Source of the DNA: Octopus sinensis
Lineage: Eukaryota
Assembly (NCBI RefSeq): GCF_006345805.1
Contig: NC_043011.1
Coordinates: forward strand, 15,512,464-15,576,463
Direction: 5' to 3'
Length of the DNA: 64,000 nucleotides
Shown here: in pieces, positions 37,976 to 51,559 of the stretch
Layout: each line of letters begins with the position of its first letter
Position numbering within the stretch: position 1 is the first letter of the stretch
Made by a program: the position numbers and the translations under genes
The notes under the pieces: model-generated
The model's input: only the letters and a program-made list of their open reading frames with translations
What the model was told of the DNA's origin: nothing
The model's database searches: none

Positions 37976-38410
37976 CGAATTAGATGTTGAAACAGTAATA
38001 AATGAACTTGAGTAGGAACAAACCTATAAATACCTAGGAATAAATAAAGGCTCTGGTATCCAGCATGCAAGCATGAAATAGAAAGTTAGGAAGTAATGTT
38101 ACAAAAGATTTCGAGCAGTCCTGAAGTCCTGAAGCCTATAATAAGGTGTTAGCCATAAACTCCTTAGCAGTCCCAGTTGTTCTTTATAGCTTCAATGTGC
38201 TTGATCCAGCTTGAACTTACGTACAAAACCACCACAATCGGACTGGCCAAATACCTTGAAACAACCAACGAATTGATGCTAAATCGTGTTGAAAAACATG
38301 AAAGACCGAAAAAAATTCACTCTATTCTGAAAGAGAGCAAAACTTCGCTACTGATCTCTTAGAAACCTACCAGATTGATCAGGCAATGCGCCAACTGCTG
38401 CTGCACAGAT
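37975..38410 (+). mobile_element. R4/Dong-like fragment of the region just after RT
   Basis: INELE*EQTYKYLGI..IQHASMK..NKVLAINSLAVPV. Confidence 0.7.
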
Positions 38411-38421
38411 AATAAAATGAA

Positions 38422-38795
38422 TTGTTTCAGTCATTTGACTGCGGCCATGCTGGGGCATCGCTTTGAAGGGGTTTTAGTGGAACAAATCGCCCCCAGGATT
38501 TGTTTTTCTTTAAAGCCTGCAATTTAAACTCTCGGCTTCTTATACCGAACCACTAACTTACGTAGTTCTAAACAAACCAACAGCGGTTGTCAAGCAATGG
38601 GGGCGGACAAACATAGACACAGAGATACACATCAAACACACACACACAACGGGCTTCTTTCAGTTTCCGTCTACCAAATCCACTTGCAAGGCTTCGATAC
38701 GCCCGATGTAATAATAGGTGCGATGCAGTGGGTCTAAACCCGGAACTGTATGGTTGGGAAGAAAGCTTCTTAACACATAGCAACGCTTGCGCATA
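38422..38795 (-). mobile_element. SINE family A
   Basis: Homology to other copies. Confidence 0.8.
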
Positions 38796-39548
38796 CAACT
38801 ATATTTATTTCTAATATAATCGAAAAATCTCGTATTCTAAGCATTTTATAAATCTGGAAATGCTAAAATGCAAAATGGCTTCGAATGAAATAAGAGCAGA
38901 AATTAGAAGAAAGTAAATGCAAGAAAGCATTTTATTCGATATTGTCAGTCATTCCCGCCGGGTTTTATGATTAAATTAAATACACATGATACAAAGGATA
39001 TAATAGCAGCAACCTTAATGATGTCTAAGTGTAACAGACTCGGTATAATTCAATGAGATTAAGAAAACCATGTCTCCGATTGTACAGTCCTCGTTAGGAG
39101 GATATCAATAACAGCTTTTAATAAATATGTCAGTAAATAGATAAATAAAATGCAACGGGCCGGGAAAACAAAAAGGAAAAGTACAATTGATGCATGAGTC
39201 CCACCTTCAAAAAGAGGAATGCTACATGCTTAGAAAAGTACAACAGGTTAAAATATAGAACAAATTATATAATATTTCGAAAGATTATGTAATAAACTTG
39301 ACTTAAAGATCAATGTTATGAAGGAACGAAGAAATAAAGAAAGAAAGCTGAGAGAAAACTGCGTTTGATCATGAAATTTGTAAGGTAACTAAATAGCAAA
39401 CCAATGCAGTGGAATTACGTGATTTATCAAAGTGTAGAAGAATGTGGGAATTATTCAACGTTTCAGCGTAGTAGACAATACTAGATAAAGAGGAAGCCAT
39501 ATTTTGTGTGTTCTTTAATGACTAACTTAATTTTCGACACTATATTCC

Positions 39549-39650
39549 TGTGTGTGTGTCTATGTATGTATGTATGTATGTATGTATGTATGTATGTATG
39601 TATGTATGTATGTATGTATGTATGTATGTATGTATGTGTATGTGTGTACG

Positions 39651-39683
<33 letters not shown>

Positions 39684-39875
39684 GTGTGTGTATGTACGTA
39701 TGCATGTATGTCTGTATGTATGTGTGTACGTACGTATGCATGTATGTATGTATGTATGTATGTGTGTGTGTACGTATGTATGTATGTATGTGTGTGTGTG
39801 TACGTATGTATGTATGTATGTATGTACGTATGTATGTATGTATGTATGTATGCATGTATCTGTGTGTGTGTGTAC

Positions 39876-39906
<31 letters not shown>

Positions 39907-40165
39907 TGTATGTATGTGTGTATGTATGTATGCATGCATGTATGTATGTGTGTATGTATGTATCTATGTATGTGTGTATGTGTGTATGCATGTATGCATG
40001 CATGTATGTATGTATGTATGTATGTATGTGTGTATGTATGCATGCATGTATGTATGTATGTATGTACGTTTGTATGTATGTATGTATTTATGCATGTATG
40101 CATGTATGTATGCACGTATGTATGTACGTTTGTATGTACGTATGTATGTATGTGTGTATGTATAT
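39549..40165. repeat. Degenerate (TATG)n array, about 600 bp
   Basis: Directly visible; explains the overlapping ORFs at 39481-40273. Confidence 0.95.
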
Positions 40166-40267
40166 AAAGTTAATCCAAACATGAAAACACAAAGAGAAAA
40201 CACAACAGCGCGAGGACGTGGAACAAGTATAGTGTTATTGGACGCCCAGGAAAGGAAAGAAAGGAGG

Positions 40268-40302
40268 ATCTAACCTTCCGAGCGGAGCTCTTCGTCAGAA
40301 AC
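40268..40302 (-). ncRNA. Degenerate minimal HHR in a pLTR-like solo fragment (about 40166-40355)
   Basis: Minus strand GTTT-CTGACGA-A-GAGC TCC GCTC-GGAAG-GTT-AGAT; GAAAC box mutated. Confidence 0.5.
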
Positions 40303-40385
40303 AAAGGAAGAGGAAAGATCCAAGAAAGGGAAGACAGAGGACAAAACATCGCCAATGCATATATACGTATGTATGTATATATATC

Positions 40386-40610
40386 TATCTATATATATAT
40401 ATATACTCTTTTACTTGTTTCAGTCATTTGACTGCGGCCATGCTGGGGCACCGCCTTTAATTGAGCAACTCGACCCCGGGACTTATTCTTTTGTAAGCCC
40501 AGTACTTATTCTATCGGTCTCTCTTTTGCCGAACCGCTAAGTGACGGGGACATAAACACACCAGGATCGGTTGTCAAGCAATGCTAGGGGGACAAACACA
40601 GACACACACA
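40386..40610 (-). mobile_element. SINE family A, 3' half
   Basis: Homology to 31757-31970. Confidence 0.85.
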
Positions 40611-40794
40611 CGCACACACACATTCGGATTGTAAGAAACTGGTGAAATGTACAAGGAAAAGGAGAGTATTTACACACGGCCAATAAACTCATCACTCGCA
40701 TCCACATCTAAAGTCACCTACTGACACATACATAAACCCATCACACAAAATGATTCATGTGGACACATCTGTTTAGAATTTCAAATCATTTGGA

Positions 40795-41010
40795 GTCGAG
40801 TTGGCAGAATCGTTAACACACCGGGCAAAAGGTTTGGCGGCGTTTCGTCCGTCGTTACATTCGGTGTCCAAATTCCGCCTAAGTGGGCCTTGCCTTTCAG
40901 AATTTCGGAGTTGATAACATAAGCAGTATTTGAGCGCTAGGGTCGCTGTAATCGACTCACTCCCTCCTCCGAAGTTGCTATCTTTGTGCCAAAATTTGTA
41001 ACCAATATTA
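40795..41010 (+). mobile_element. SINE family B-related, old copy
   Basis: GAGTTGGCAGAATCGTTAACACACCGGGC..AATTCCGCC. Confidence 0.6.
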
Positions 41011-41282
41011 CAGCTAGTAATTGACTCGGCCGTGCATGTACCCCCCCCCCACACACACACACACATCATTAAATATTTAGGGCATGAATTAGCTGATTAA
41101 ATTCTCCCAGGTCGCAAAATATGTGAACTCAGAACATGAAGAAAGGCAATTGTGGCCTTAGAACATCATGGATGGGAGCAAATACCGAGAAGCGATTCCT
41201 CATCTGCTCGAACGTCTTTTCCTATTCATCATTGTGGTACATAATATTGATTAAAATTTTGGAACAAGGCTAGCATGTTTGA

Positions 41283-41338
<56 letters not shown>

Positions 41339-41340
<2 letters not shown>

Positions 41341-41550
41341 TCTTACTCCTTTACTTGTTTCATTTGACTGCAGCCATGCTGGTGCACCACCTTTAGTCGA
41401 GCAAATCGACCCCAGGACTTATTCTTTGTAAGCCCAGTACTTATTCTATCGGTCTCTTTTGCCGAACCGCTATGTTACGGGGACGTAAACACACCAGCAT
41501 CTGTTGTCAAGCAATGCTAATGGGACAAACACACACACACACACACACAC

Positions 41551-41602
<52 letters not shown>

Positions 41603-41760
41603 TACGACATACTTCTTTCTGTTTCCGTCTACCAAATCCACTCACAAGGCATTGGTCGGCCCGGGGCTATAGCAGAAGACACTTGCCCAAGATGCCACGC
41701 AGTGGGACTGAACTCGGAACCATGTGGTTGATAAGCAAGCTACTTACCACACAGCCACTC
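41339..41760 (-). mobile_element. SINE family A, full length
   Basis: Homology to 31757-32187. Confidence 0.9.
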
Positions 41761-41772
41761 ATATATATATAT

Positions 41773-41930
41773 ATCGACACCAGTGTTTTAAATGGTACTT
41801 ATTTCCTCGACCCTAAATTGATGAGAAGCAAAGTTGACCTCGGAAGAATTTGAACACTGATCGTAAAGTCGGACGAAATGCCGCTAAGTATTTTGCTCGG
41901 CGTGGTTACGATTTTATCAGCTCGCTGCCT
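41773..41930 (-). mobile_element. SINE family B, partial and degenerate
   Basis: TCGACAC..GGTACTTATTT..GCAAAGTTGACCTCGGAAGAATTTGAAC. Confidence 0.65.
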
Positions 41931-42550
41931 CTTATATCATACTTAATATTAAAATATGTAATCTATGTTTGTCATCTTCAGACTTATGTGACGAAAATTC
42001 TTATCGACGTAACTAACAGGTCTCATCTTTACCCCAAACATTTCCTATTAACCCCAAACCCTATAGTAATTAATTATTTTTTCTTTGTCATTTTCATTCA
42101 CGTTATACCCATTAATAAGCACCCTAATTTCAATTGAATCTGGAGTCTAGAAAAAACAGGAAAAAAAACAGGTAAGTTTATTATTCAACTAATGATGCAA
42201 GTATATATATTTGGCGTTACACATATTTATCGAACATGAATACGGAAGGTTGATATGCTGTGCACTAATTAAGAACAAAGAGAAACATATACGCACATAC
42301 AGCACACACAACAGACTATAAAAGCAGACATCGACATGTGTAAATACACTTATATGCATATGTATATATATGTATATGTGTGTGTATGAGAGTGTGTGCA
42401 TGTGTGAGAATGTGTGCGTGTGTGCATGTGTGTGAATATGTGTGCATATCTGTGTGCATATGCACTTGTGTGTAAACAAGATATATATCACAAATACTGG
42501 TAGACAACTATGCATATCTGCACTTCAACAAGTGTATATATTTATTTATA

Positions 42551-42585
<35 letters not shown>

Positions 42586-45329
42586 GAATTTTATATGCGT
42601 ATGTAAGCTCCAGTGTTGTCTATGTTTATAACTACATTCTAGTATATAGTTCAACACCTCAAAGATTTATGCATTGAAAAACATTTGATAGAATTTTTCA
42701 TGTATTTAATATGTGTGTACATAAAATAACTCTTGATAAATGCTCACAAAAATACGTTTACAAACATTCACCTATCATACATACACAAACACACACGGAC
42801 ATACGCACACAGATTTTCAGTAGCAGAAAACGTTGAAAAATATAGATTGCTATCGTAATAAACGTCGGTGTAAATCTATGAAATTTTGCCCGTAAGTCGT
42901 TTTAAATATAATTTAGAAACTTCATCAAAGGCTAATATCTTGTACCAAAAATAAAAATTAAAAATCTTAAAAAAAAAAAGATTTGTATCAAAACATTTCC
43001 CATTTAATAAAACAGTAAAAATTATTACAAAAAATAAAACCACAACAAAACTGTCTCATAAAGTTGAAGATGATCTTTTACTGAATTAATTATATTTAAA
43101 ATGAATTCGTTGAGGCTTAACGCAAAAGCTATTAAATGAGAATAAGATGAAAAGGAAAGTTCTTGTTGAAGTATTTTATAGCTAATATTTTATAGATGCA
43201 CTATTTCTGGAGTTTGTTCATTATAGAGTCAGGTTAGACTGAATGTAAGGGAAGATAGCAAGTAATTATCACTTACACCGTCTTATTTTACTGTTTTAAT
43301 CCATTCAATCATTCGCACACTCCAATATTATACTTCAGTTCTCCCTCTGTAGGTCATTCAACTCATACATCATGTTATTTTAGTCTTAACTTTAGAAAAT
43401 TTACTCGATTATGTCCCACAATTTTATAATGGTTCAAGAACGCATACAATATATTTTATACCTATTTTTTGTCATTTTGCGAGGATTTATCATAAGCAGA
43501 TGTTTTAAAGCTTTTTTCAGTGGAGTTCTTGTTTAGCTCTATATTGATCTTGATTGAATAGGCCTATGATGAAAAGCATTAAAATCCTCTCTACCTTATC
43601 TATATTACTAGAATAGTGTTTCCTAGTTTACATTATGCATTATGCAAGTCTTTTTTTTTTAAAGATGATAGGACGTTATTTAAAGGAGATTTTGCCGCTA
43701 TTTTTTCGCGCATACCATAGATTTTTTACACTAATTAAATTCGATGAGCTTTTTCCTCTCTTCGTGGTAACAGTTTACCGTATCTAGATGATTAACTGCT
43801 ATATGTCCGACGATTTATGTGTATCTCAGCCAATGATATGATTCTTAGTTCACTAGCTACTAGCAACATACTACTTTCATTGTTTCAATTATTCGCTTTT
43901 TACTACTATCATTTACTTTGTGAACAATTCAGTTATACAAATATGATACTACATCAAATAATGTACACAACTGTATGTATATTTACTTAGTGATTATTTC
44001 ATTATAACTTCTCCAAATATAGTGATAGACATGTTTTGATGACGAGGTCATAAAAAGACTAAAACATGCTAAGAGTTATCCAATGTATTTGCCCAAATAA
44101 TTAAAATGTTATTTGATAGACATTGTATTTTTTCTCCACGTAATTAATTTTCGTAAATTTTTTGGCGTTCCTTGTGTTAAAATTATTAACACAAAATTAA
44201 GTACGACCGAATGTCTTTTGTTCAACTTAATTATCAATATCTTCTAGTTAATAGTTTTCGTGATTTTATGGATCTCATTACGTGTGTCCCTACGAGCAAT
44301 CTAAAATTATTGGAATAAAATGGATGTCATCGAGTTGTAAGCTCTTACAACTGGTCACCTTCATATTTACCAGCAATTTGTTCCATTCAGTCAAACACTT
44401 TGCTTCTAACATATGCGAGATCCAACCACTCATGCCAAACCATTCTACCAAACCATGTGCTTTTAAAGAATAGATTTCTGATCTTATGTCGATCACTACT
44501 TCTCAAGAAGTGTATTAATTAGCATTGAAAAGTATTGATTATTTGTTGGGAAATCATTAATACGTGTGGTGGCACAACGGCATACAATATTAATATTGCT
44601 TTTGTTATGCATGATAATATTGCTATTACAATCGTTATCGGTACAAACGCCATCGCTCTTATAAATATTACTGCTATCATTTTTAATCTACGATATTACT
44701 AATTAAAGACACACATAAACAACTGACACATTCAGCATATTTATTATAAATGATAGCTCTCAGTGAAATCCCTTAGAACCTGATCCAGCTCTTGCAATAA
44801 TATTGCTGTCGAAAAGTCCAACCGATCCGCATACGAACATCCATTTAAGTGGGGCCACTTAATTCATACTGACAGCCACTGATTCCTTTTATTGGATTTC
44901 TAATAATTTGGCGCAATGACTCAAGGTCGTTACTAAGTGCACACGTAGTAATATCAATAAAACCCCAAGAATCATTAACTCTATGATGCTGACAGCTAGA
45001 GTAGCTAACTCATTATACACATGCTATATATCTATAAAAGCGTCGGCTCCTGAAGCAACCCATCATAATGAATTGGTATTAATTTACCAACACAGTAACC
45101 ATTTCCGTAGTCAGGTATCCGTTTTAGTTATCGCTGTTCATACCAAAAGCACAAAATAGTTGAAAACAAATAACCCTGAGGATTTTTGTATTCGAACACT
45201 AAAGATTCAGCCATATTTACTTCAACAGAATTTTCACCAAGAATTTAGTATAAATATATAAAAATGTATAGCATCGAGGAATGAATCCGTGGGTCAATAG
45301 CAAGGGAGTAAACATGCCCTCTTAACTGA

Positions 45330-46245
45330 ACATCATCTTTGTACTTATACATTATTTTTTCTCTGTTGTTCCCAATCAATGTTTCTGGGTTTCTGACACC
45401 ACATCGCCGAGTGTTTGTCCGTACACCCTATAGTTACTACTGGCAAGTATTCACGGTGTCCTTTTAAGGAAATAAACCATTTCGTTATACTCCTCTTGAT
45501 TATTCGTTGAAGCACCTGACATTTTTTTTTACCTGAGATCTCGGTAATGCAAATGCTTTGTACGTAAAAGCATCTTTCTGTAATATTTCTTAATCTGTTT
45601 TGTCATCTAACATCCATGACTTGCATTCATAGTCTGCAGCTGAAATAGTATTGCTGTGAAAAATATGAACCTTGATATTGCAGTCCTTAAACTCGATGAA
45701 CCATGGTCTAATTTAGGTAACGTCTCCGTAATTCCCTTCCAATTTGTTCAGAATCCATGCTTCGTAACCATAAATGTCTATCGGCCAAATCATCGTTCGC
45801 ACTAACCTTTTTAACATTGTGGATTTTTGCCTCTCCAGATATTATTAAGCTTTCCTATGGAGATCCTTCTCATGTCTAGTCATGTCCTAAATTCTTTCTT
45901 AAATGTCACTTCATCAGATATTTGGGCTCCAAGAAGCTCGTACATCTCAACCTGTTCCACCTTCTCAGTACTCAGTCTGATGTTAATATTTTTTTCTTTA
46001 CCCACTACTATGGTTTTTGATTTCCTGTGTTTCAGATAAAGATCATGCGTATTTGATAGCTTCTCCATTCTATTATTTCTTGTAGTCTGGCTTCACTCTT
46101 GGCTATTAGAATAGCGTTGGCTACATACCCAAGATTAAAAATATGCAAGCCATTTTGCTTCCCGTATTGCTTCTCGCATTATCCACTCAGTGTAGATGCT
46201 GAACAAGTATAGAGGAAGAAGACAGCCCCGACTAACTCCTTTGGA
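45330..46245 (-). mobile_element. RTE-clade LINE RT fragment
   Basis: Minus strand GVSRGCLLPLYLFSIYTEWIMREA; EKVEQVEMYELLGAQI; RLVRTMIWPIDIYGYEAW. Confidence 0.75.
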
Positions 46246-46249
46246 ATGT

Positions 46250-46575
46250 GCGTGTATAGGAGAATGTTAACAGTCTCTAACAAGGACCACCGGACAAACG
46301 AATGGGTGTTACGGGAAATAGGTGAAGTACGAACAGTGTGAAATCTTAAAAAAATAAAACCTCATTTATTATGGACATATTCGAATAAGCAGAGGTCTGA
46401 ATAATATTACCAAGTAGAGAGTAGTTGATCTAGAGGCAGGCAAAGAACGCAATGTATGACCAGTATCACAAGCTGGATGGAGAGGTGTGGCAAGGCAGTG
46501 TGGAGAACTTGCGCTGATTCGGGAAGACTTTCATTATAACGTCATCTTTGTGCTGCAGGGTTACGATGCATAACA
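46250..46575 (+). mobile_element. RTE-clade LINE 3' end followed by a (GAC)n tail
   Basis: YRRMLTVS..HRTNEWVLREIG..RSRGRQR. Confidence 0.7.
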
Positions 46576-46833
46576 ACGATGACACAGACGACGACAGCGG
46601 CGGCGGCGGCGGCGACGACGACGACGTTGACTACGACGACGACGACTTTGACTACGACGTCGACTTTGACGACGACGACGTTGACTACGACGACGACTTT
46701 GACGACGACAACGTTGACTACGACTTTGACGACGACGACGACGACGTTGACGACGATGACATTGATGACGACGACGTTGACGACGACGGCGATGACTACG
46801 ACGACGGAGATGATGACGACGACGACGACGATG
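46576..46833. repeat. (GAC)n-based compound repeat
   Basis: Directly visible; source of the poly-D, poly-T and poly-R ORFs. Confidence 0.95.
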
Positions 46834-46899
46834 GTAAAGTTGCTGTAGCATGGAGCTGTATTGTTTTCTTAGCCGTTACATTTTCCTTTATTATTCATC

Positions 46900-49290
46900 A
46901 CAGTTATTTAAATTTATGAAAATGATTGAGAAACTTCCGGGCTGTTCCAGATGAATTGATCGTTTTCTCTTCAATTTTCATTATCGTTCACCAAGTTCTT
47001 CTTTTGGGCACTCATTTCTATTGCTTCACCTACTGCAATTATTCTTAAATGTGTCATTACATCACGAAGCGATTCGGAATTCTGCTCAGTTAAACAATAT
47101 CCTCGATCAAATAGAGATTACTGACTTCCTTTTAAATGACTGGTCATTAGATATTCTAGAAATACACTAAAAGAACAATCCCCTTTTCTGACATCTACTG
47201 TTTTAAGCCAGTTAAAATGTGTATTTCCTGACAAAAATATTTTTTGCATGTTCTCTTTATAACAGATATACGATTGTAAGCTTCATGCTATATTTTGTTA
47301 TAAAACATCATTGGAACCATATCTCACTCAAAAGAATTTGAAGTGAATTAAGTTTTGACAAATTTCCAAGTGGGCTTCTAAGAATTTCTCCTTCAAAACA
47401 ACCGTTTAAAGCCTATTTAATAATGTCTCTAAGACTCTGAAATCCATGCTCTGTTTTCCAAAGCATCATTTTTTATTATTGTTTTGATTCGAATAAGTTA
47501 AATATATATAAAAAGTACCTTGCTTGGATGAATAATTCTCCTGTAGACAATATTACAAGTTGTAGATTTATTCTTGTTCGTGTACTTAGCTCACTCCCTA
47601 AACTTTTCCCTGATGGCAGAAACGTTAGCACGCCGAATTCCGCCGAGGTCGACTTTGCCTGTCATCCTTTCGAGGTCGATAATTAAAGTACCAGTGTCGC
47701 ACTGGGGTCGATGTAATCGACTTAATCCCTTTGTCTCTCCTTATTTGTCTTGTGTTTAGCCCCTTGTGGGTAGTAAAGAAATAGGTATTTCGTCTGTCGT
47801 TACATTCTGAGTTCAAATTCCGCCGAGGTCGACTTTGCCTTTCATCCTTTCGGGGTCGATAAATAAAGTACCAGTTTCGCACTGGGGTCGATGTAATCAA
47901 CTTAATCCCTTTGTCTGTCCTTGTTTGTCCCCTCTATGGTTAGCCCTTTGTAGGCAGTAAAGAAATAGATATATTGCATGTCAATTCCCCAGTTTCTTAT
48001 ATAACTTCCTTTGATGTTATTTATAGCCCCTGTTGAATATTAATTAAAGAAACATATTTTGTTAATTGTTGTACTTTATTACCTGTTTCTACTTTATTGC
48101 CGTCGTACACTCTCCGGTTACAATCTTATTTCGACAAATTTCTTGCTATAATTACCCGGCTGTCCAGTTTTGTGGTAATTATTTAAACATTTGCAATATC
48201 TTTCAGTTATTTCTCTTTCGTCACATGTCTTGTAATTCACGTATCTCTTGCTGTCATATATTTTCCCTTTCTTATTGCCAATCTATATTTTACTACATTT
48301 TTTATTTTCTATTTTCTGTTACAAAACCGCCTCTCACACCAAAACTAGCTAAAACGTTTTATTCATTCGACGACTTTTAACATTCTTCTTGTTACTAAGG
48401 GTCCTGATGGCTATTATAACTTCTGTTATAAATTCAATAGGCCCTGTTAATCTTTGAAACATACTTGTAATAATTAAGCTGCAAATCTACCTGTTTACCT
48501 TGGCTTAAATTGGACGGTTATGTTCAGGCCATTCAATATTTCAAGAGGATGTTTTGTTCTTAGATACGTTCATCCTGACTGATGTAAGCTAAATCTTTAA
48601 TGCTATTATCAGACATTTATTTTCCCTACCTGTAACTGAACTACGCGAGGAAAACTAGAGTTTTAACTCTATTTATAATTGATTCATACTTTTTGGATAT
48701 TGGTTTCTTATATTTTCTTCGGTGCTGTTTTGTTAATTCTATTGAGCATATTCACAGCTTGTTAGATTTATGAAAGGCACATCTACCAAACATTCCAATC
48801 CAAGACCCATGCCCATCGCTTCTAATCTTTGCATTTCGTTCACAATGAATTATGTCTTTATTTTAATGAATAATTGCATACATATTTACACCTTCACAGA
48901 ATTTCCCCATCTCTTTACTTTTTAGAAAAAGTTCACTAATGAATAAGTTTCGTTAATTTCGTTGTTATTATGATACATCGGATAACCTACAATCTATTTA
49001 TTTTTACATCATTTGCATTTAATAATATTTTATGGCGATTATCTGTCATAAATCCTTCACATTTTTAATCTTATTTGAGGAGTCGACCATTTATTTCGAG
49101 AATACCAATCTCTCTCACAAGTTAACCGTACTTCTTCAGATTAATGAAACTTCTGTATCTTCTAGCTTCTATCTGCAAAGGAATTTATACCTATTTCTAA
49201 ATGTTGCTTTGTTTCATTAACGCATCCTTTGATTACGTCACGTCATTAATCTGCTAGAGCGCTGCTTTTTCATGGCATCAACTTGAGTGT
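46900..49290 (-). mobile_element. Very old LINE (APE/RT) remnant interrupted by SINE B
   Basis: Minus strand VDVRKGDCSFSVFLEYLM (about 47200-47145) resembles RT motif B; KTEHGFQ near 47450; many stops. Confidence 0.35.
47614..47968 (+). mobile_element. SINE family B, internally duplicated or tandem pair
   Basis: AATTCCGCCGAGGTCGACTTTGCC..GTAAAGAAATAG occurs twice (47636-47783 and 47816-47968). Confidence 0.88.
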
Positions 49291-49315
49291 CTTTCTCTTC
49301 CACATTAACCGTTAG

Positions 49316-49766
49316 GGATCTTTTCGGTTTGACCGGCAGTTTTTTAAAATAATTTCCGCGTAACTAAACACTTTTAAACTTCGTATACTAGTAGAATGTG
49401 TTTATAAAACATCTTTTTCTCTTGTCTTTATTGAGAAAATTCTATAGTTTATACGATATTTGTTGTTATTTTTTCTTCAAATTCTGCAATTTCAACCAAT
49501 CAATGACGTCTATTGAGCTGAAAACAATCTGTGCCGCATAAATATGTCCCTCGTTTAAGAAACATATTGGATTTATTTACATTTCTGAAGAAAAAAAGAT
49601 ACCCTTCCCCCCACCCTTAACCCTAACTAACCCTAACGAACCCTAACTCTAATCCTAACCCTAAAACAGATTGAATTGCAATAGATCGATACTAGGGTCA
49701 TAATTATGGGTGACAATTTCATATGACACCGCTAGAAAAAAACTGCCCTTCAAACCGAAAAGATCC
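49316..49766 (-). mobile_element. TTAGGG-bearing MITE, copy 2 (TSD ACCGTTAG)
   Basis: TIR GGATCTTTTCGGTTTGACCGGCAGTT; TSD at 49308-49315 and 49767-49774; (CCCTAA)-like tract at 49614-49665. Confidence 0.92.
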
Positions 49767-50056
49767 ACCGTTAGTCATTAACATCATTGAGAAACGGCCT
49801 CTTCTACACTTTAAAAACTTGTATATTTATTAATCTTGCAGCGTCGTTACACACAATACTCACTAATAAATTGTATAGCGAAAGCTGGTTTAGCTACATA
49901 TGTAGCGGGAATAATCAACAATCACTCGATATCCTGATTCGCTAGAATATTGCCCACGTGATCAACAAAATCTGATCAATCATGACTTCACGTCGAACAT
50001 GCACCAGCAATGATTTTTTTCTTTTGGGGCGCTCCCGTCTGCGCCTATCAACCTAT

Positions 50057-50279
50057 TTTTTACTGCCCACAAGGGGCTAAACACAGAGGAGACAATCAAG
50101 GACAGACAGACGAATTAAGTCGATTATATCGACCCCAGTGCGTAACTGGTACTTAATTTATCGACCCTGAAAGGAAGAAAGGCAAAGTCGACCTTGGCGG
50201 AATTTGAACTCAGGACGTAACGGCAGACGAAATACGGCCTCGAATTTCGCCCGGCGTGCTAACGTTTCTGCCAGCTCAC
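50057..50279 (-). mobile_element. SINE family B with about 15-bp TSD
   Basis: CGCCTATCAACCTAT at 50042-50056 and 50280-50294. Confidence 0.9.
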
Positions 50280-50751
50280 CGCCTATCAACCTATATATAT
50301 TCAGTACGTCCAGAACACGAGACGGAAAACTTTGAGATGCAGCAGAGAGACCTTTTGGGATGCAACAGTGAGAGCAGCGGCTAACAACACAAAGGCAATG
50401 AATCGTCGGAAGACGAACGACACAAGTAGTCAGGGGCCGTCAAGCAGCTAACCACCGTTTACCTGCTATTACAACTAGACCAGGAACAAAATCTCTCCCA
50501 ATGTTTTGTCATTCGTAATAACGACGTATCTCATTTCTCGCGTACGAAAAGAATATATTGTTGTTTATCAAAACTTCAACAGACTGCAGTGCTCTTCTTT
50601 GAACACATACATACCACTTATGCCACGTATGGTACTCTATTGTATGACTTCAATATCGACCAGATGAACTAGCCAATTGTTGGTCATTATTTTTAGTAAA
50701 AAATCGATGATGTTATACAAGTGCGTTATATATATATATTATATATATTAT

Positions 50752-50798
<47 letters not shown>

Positions 50799-50799
50799 A

Positions 50800-50831
<32 letters not shown>

Positions 50832-50841
50832 CGTATATATA

Positions 50842-50872
<31 letters not shown>

Positions 50873-50963
50873 CATACATAGATACTTATATATATATGTG
50901 TATATATATATACATATATAAACATATACATACATGTATATACATACATATATATACATATAT

Positions 50964-50996
<33 letters not shown>

Positions 50997-51181
50997 TATA
51001 TCTATATATATATATACGTATGCACATATATATAATTGCTAAATGAATAAATGTTCGGAATTATTAATATATATATAATATATTAATTATCTTTAGTAAA
51101 ATGAATAATAGCAACAGTAATATGGGTGGCCAAGAGCAAAAGCTGATAAATGGCAAATCCAAAATTTTAGAATTTATTTAT

Positions 51182-51239
<58 letters not shown>

Positions 51240-51420
51240 GCCATAATTGAGCGCTAGTCACTAAACCTTTTTTTATATTTTCTCTCTCTGCTTAATTCTG
51301 TTGAAGGGCGTAGGCTGGAAAGGTAAAAGATTTTCTCACTCCCGAGCGTTAAACTAATACATCTGTTTGTTGTTTACACACGTCTTCCTCTTTTGTTTTG
51401 TTTATTTTTGTAAATTCCAA
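51240..51420 (+). mobile_element. Solo PLE pLTR-like fragment with a degenerate CUGUUGA HHR
   Basis: CTGTTGAAGGGCGTAGGCTGGAAAGGTAAAAGA..CTAATACA..TTGTTGTTT resembles the reverse complement of 11775-11908. Confidence 0.65.
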
Positions 51421-51492
51421 GTGTATATATATGTATATATATATATATATATATAAATGAGGAGATAAGCTGAGATGCATGTAGACAGATAA

Positions 51493-51559
<67 letters not shown>

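Noticed and set aside
39481-40273. Multiple ORFs of 150-255 aa (MYVC/HTYI repeats)
   Set aside because: Translations of the (TATG)n array.
44560-45110. Hydrophobic minus-strand stretches suggesting a membrane-protein pseudogene
   Set aside because: Multiple stops and no family motif.
46548-46919. Asp-rich acidic protein with a TM-like tail (biomineralisation-like)
   Set aside because: It is the (GAC)n tail of a LINE 3' end; no ATG-led signal peptide or exon structure.
49614-49665. True telomere or chromosome fusion site
   Set aside because: The short CCCTAA tract is internal to a TIR/TSD-bounded MITE present three times.
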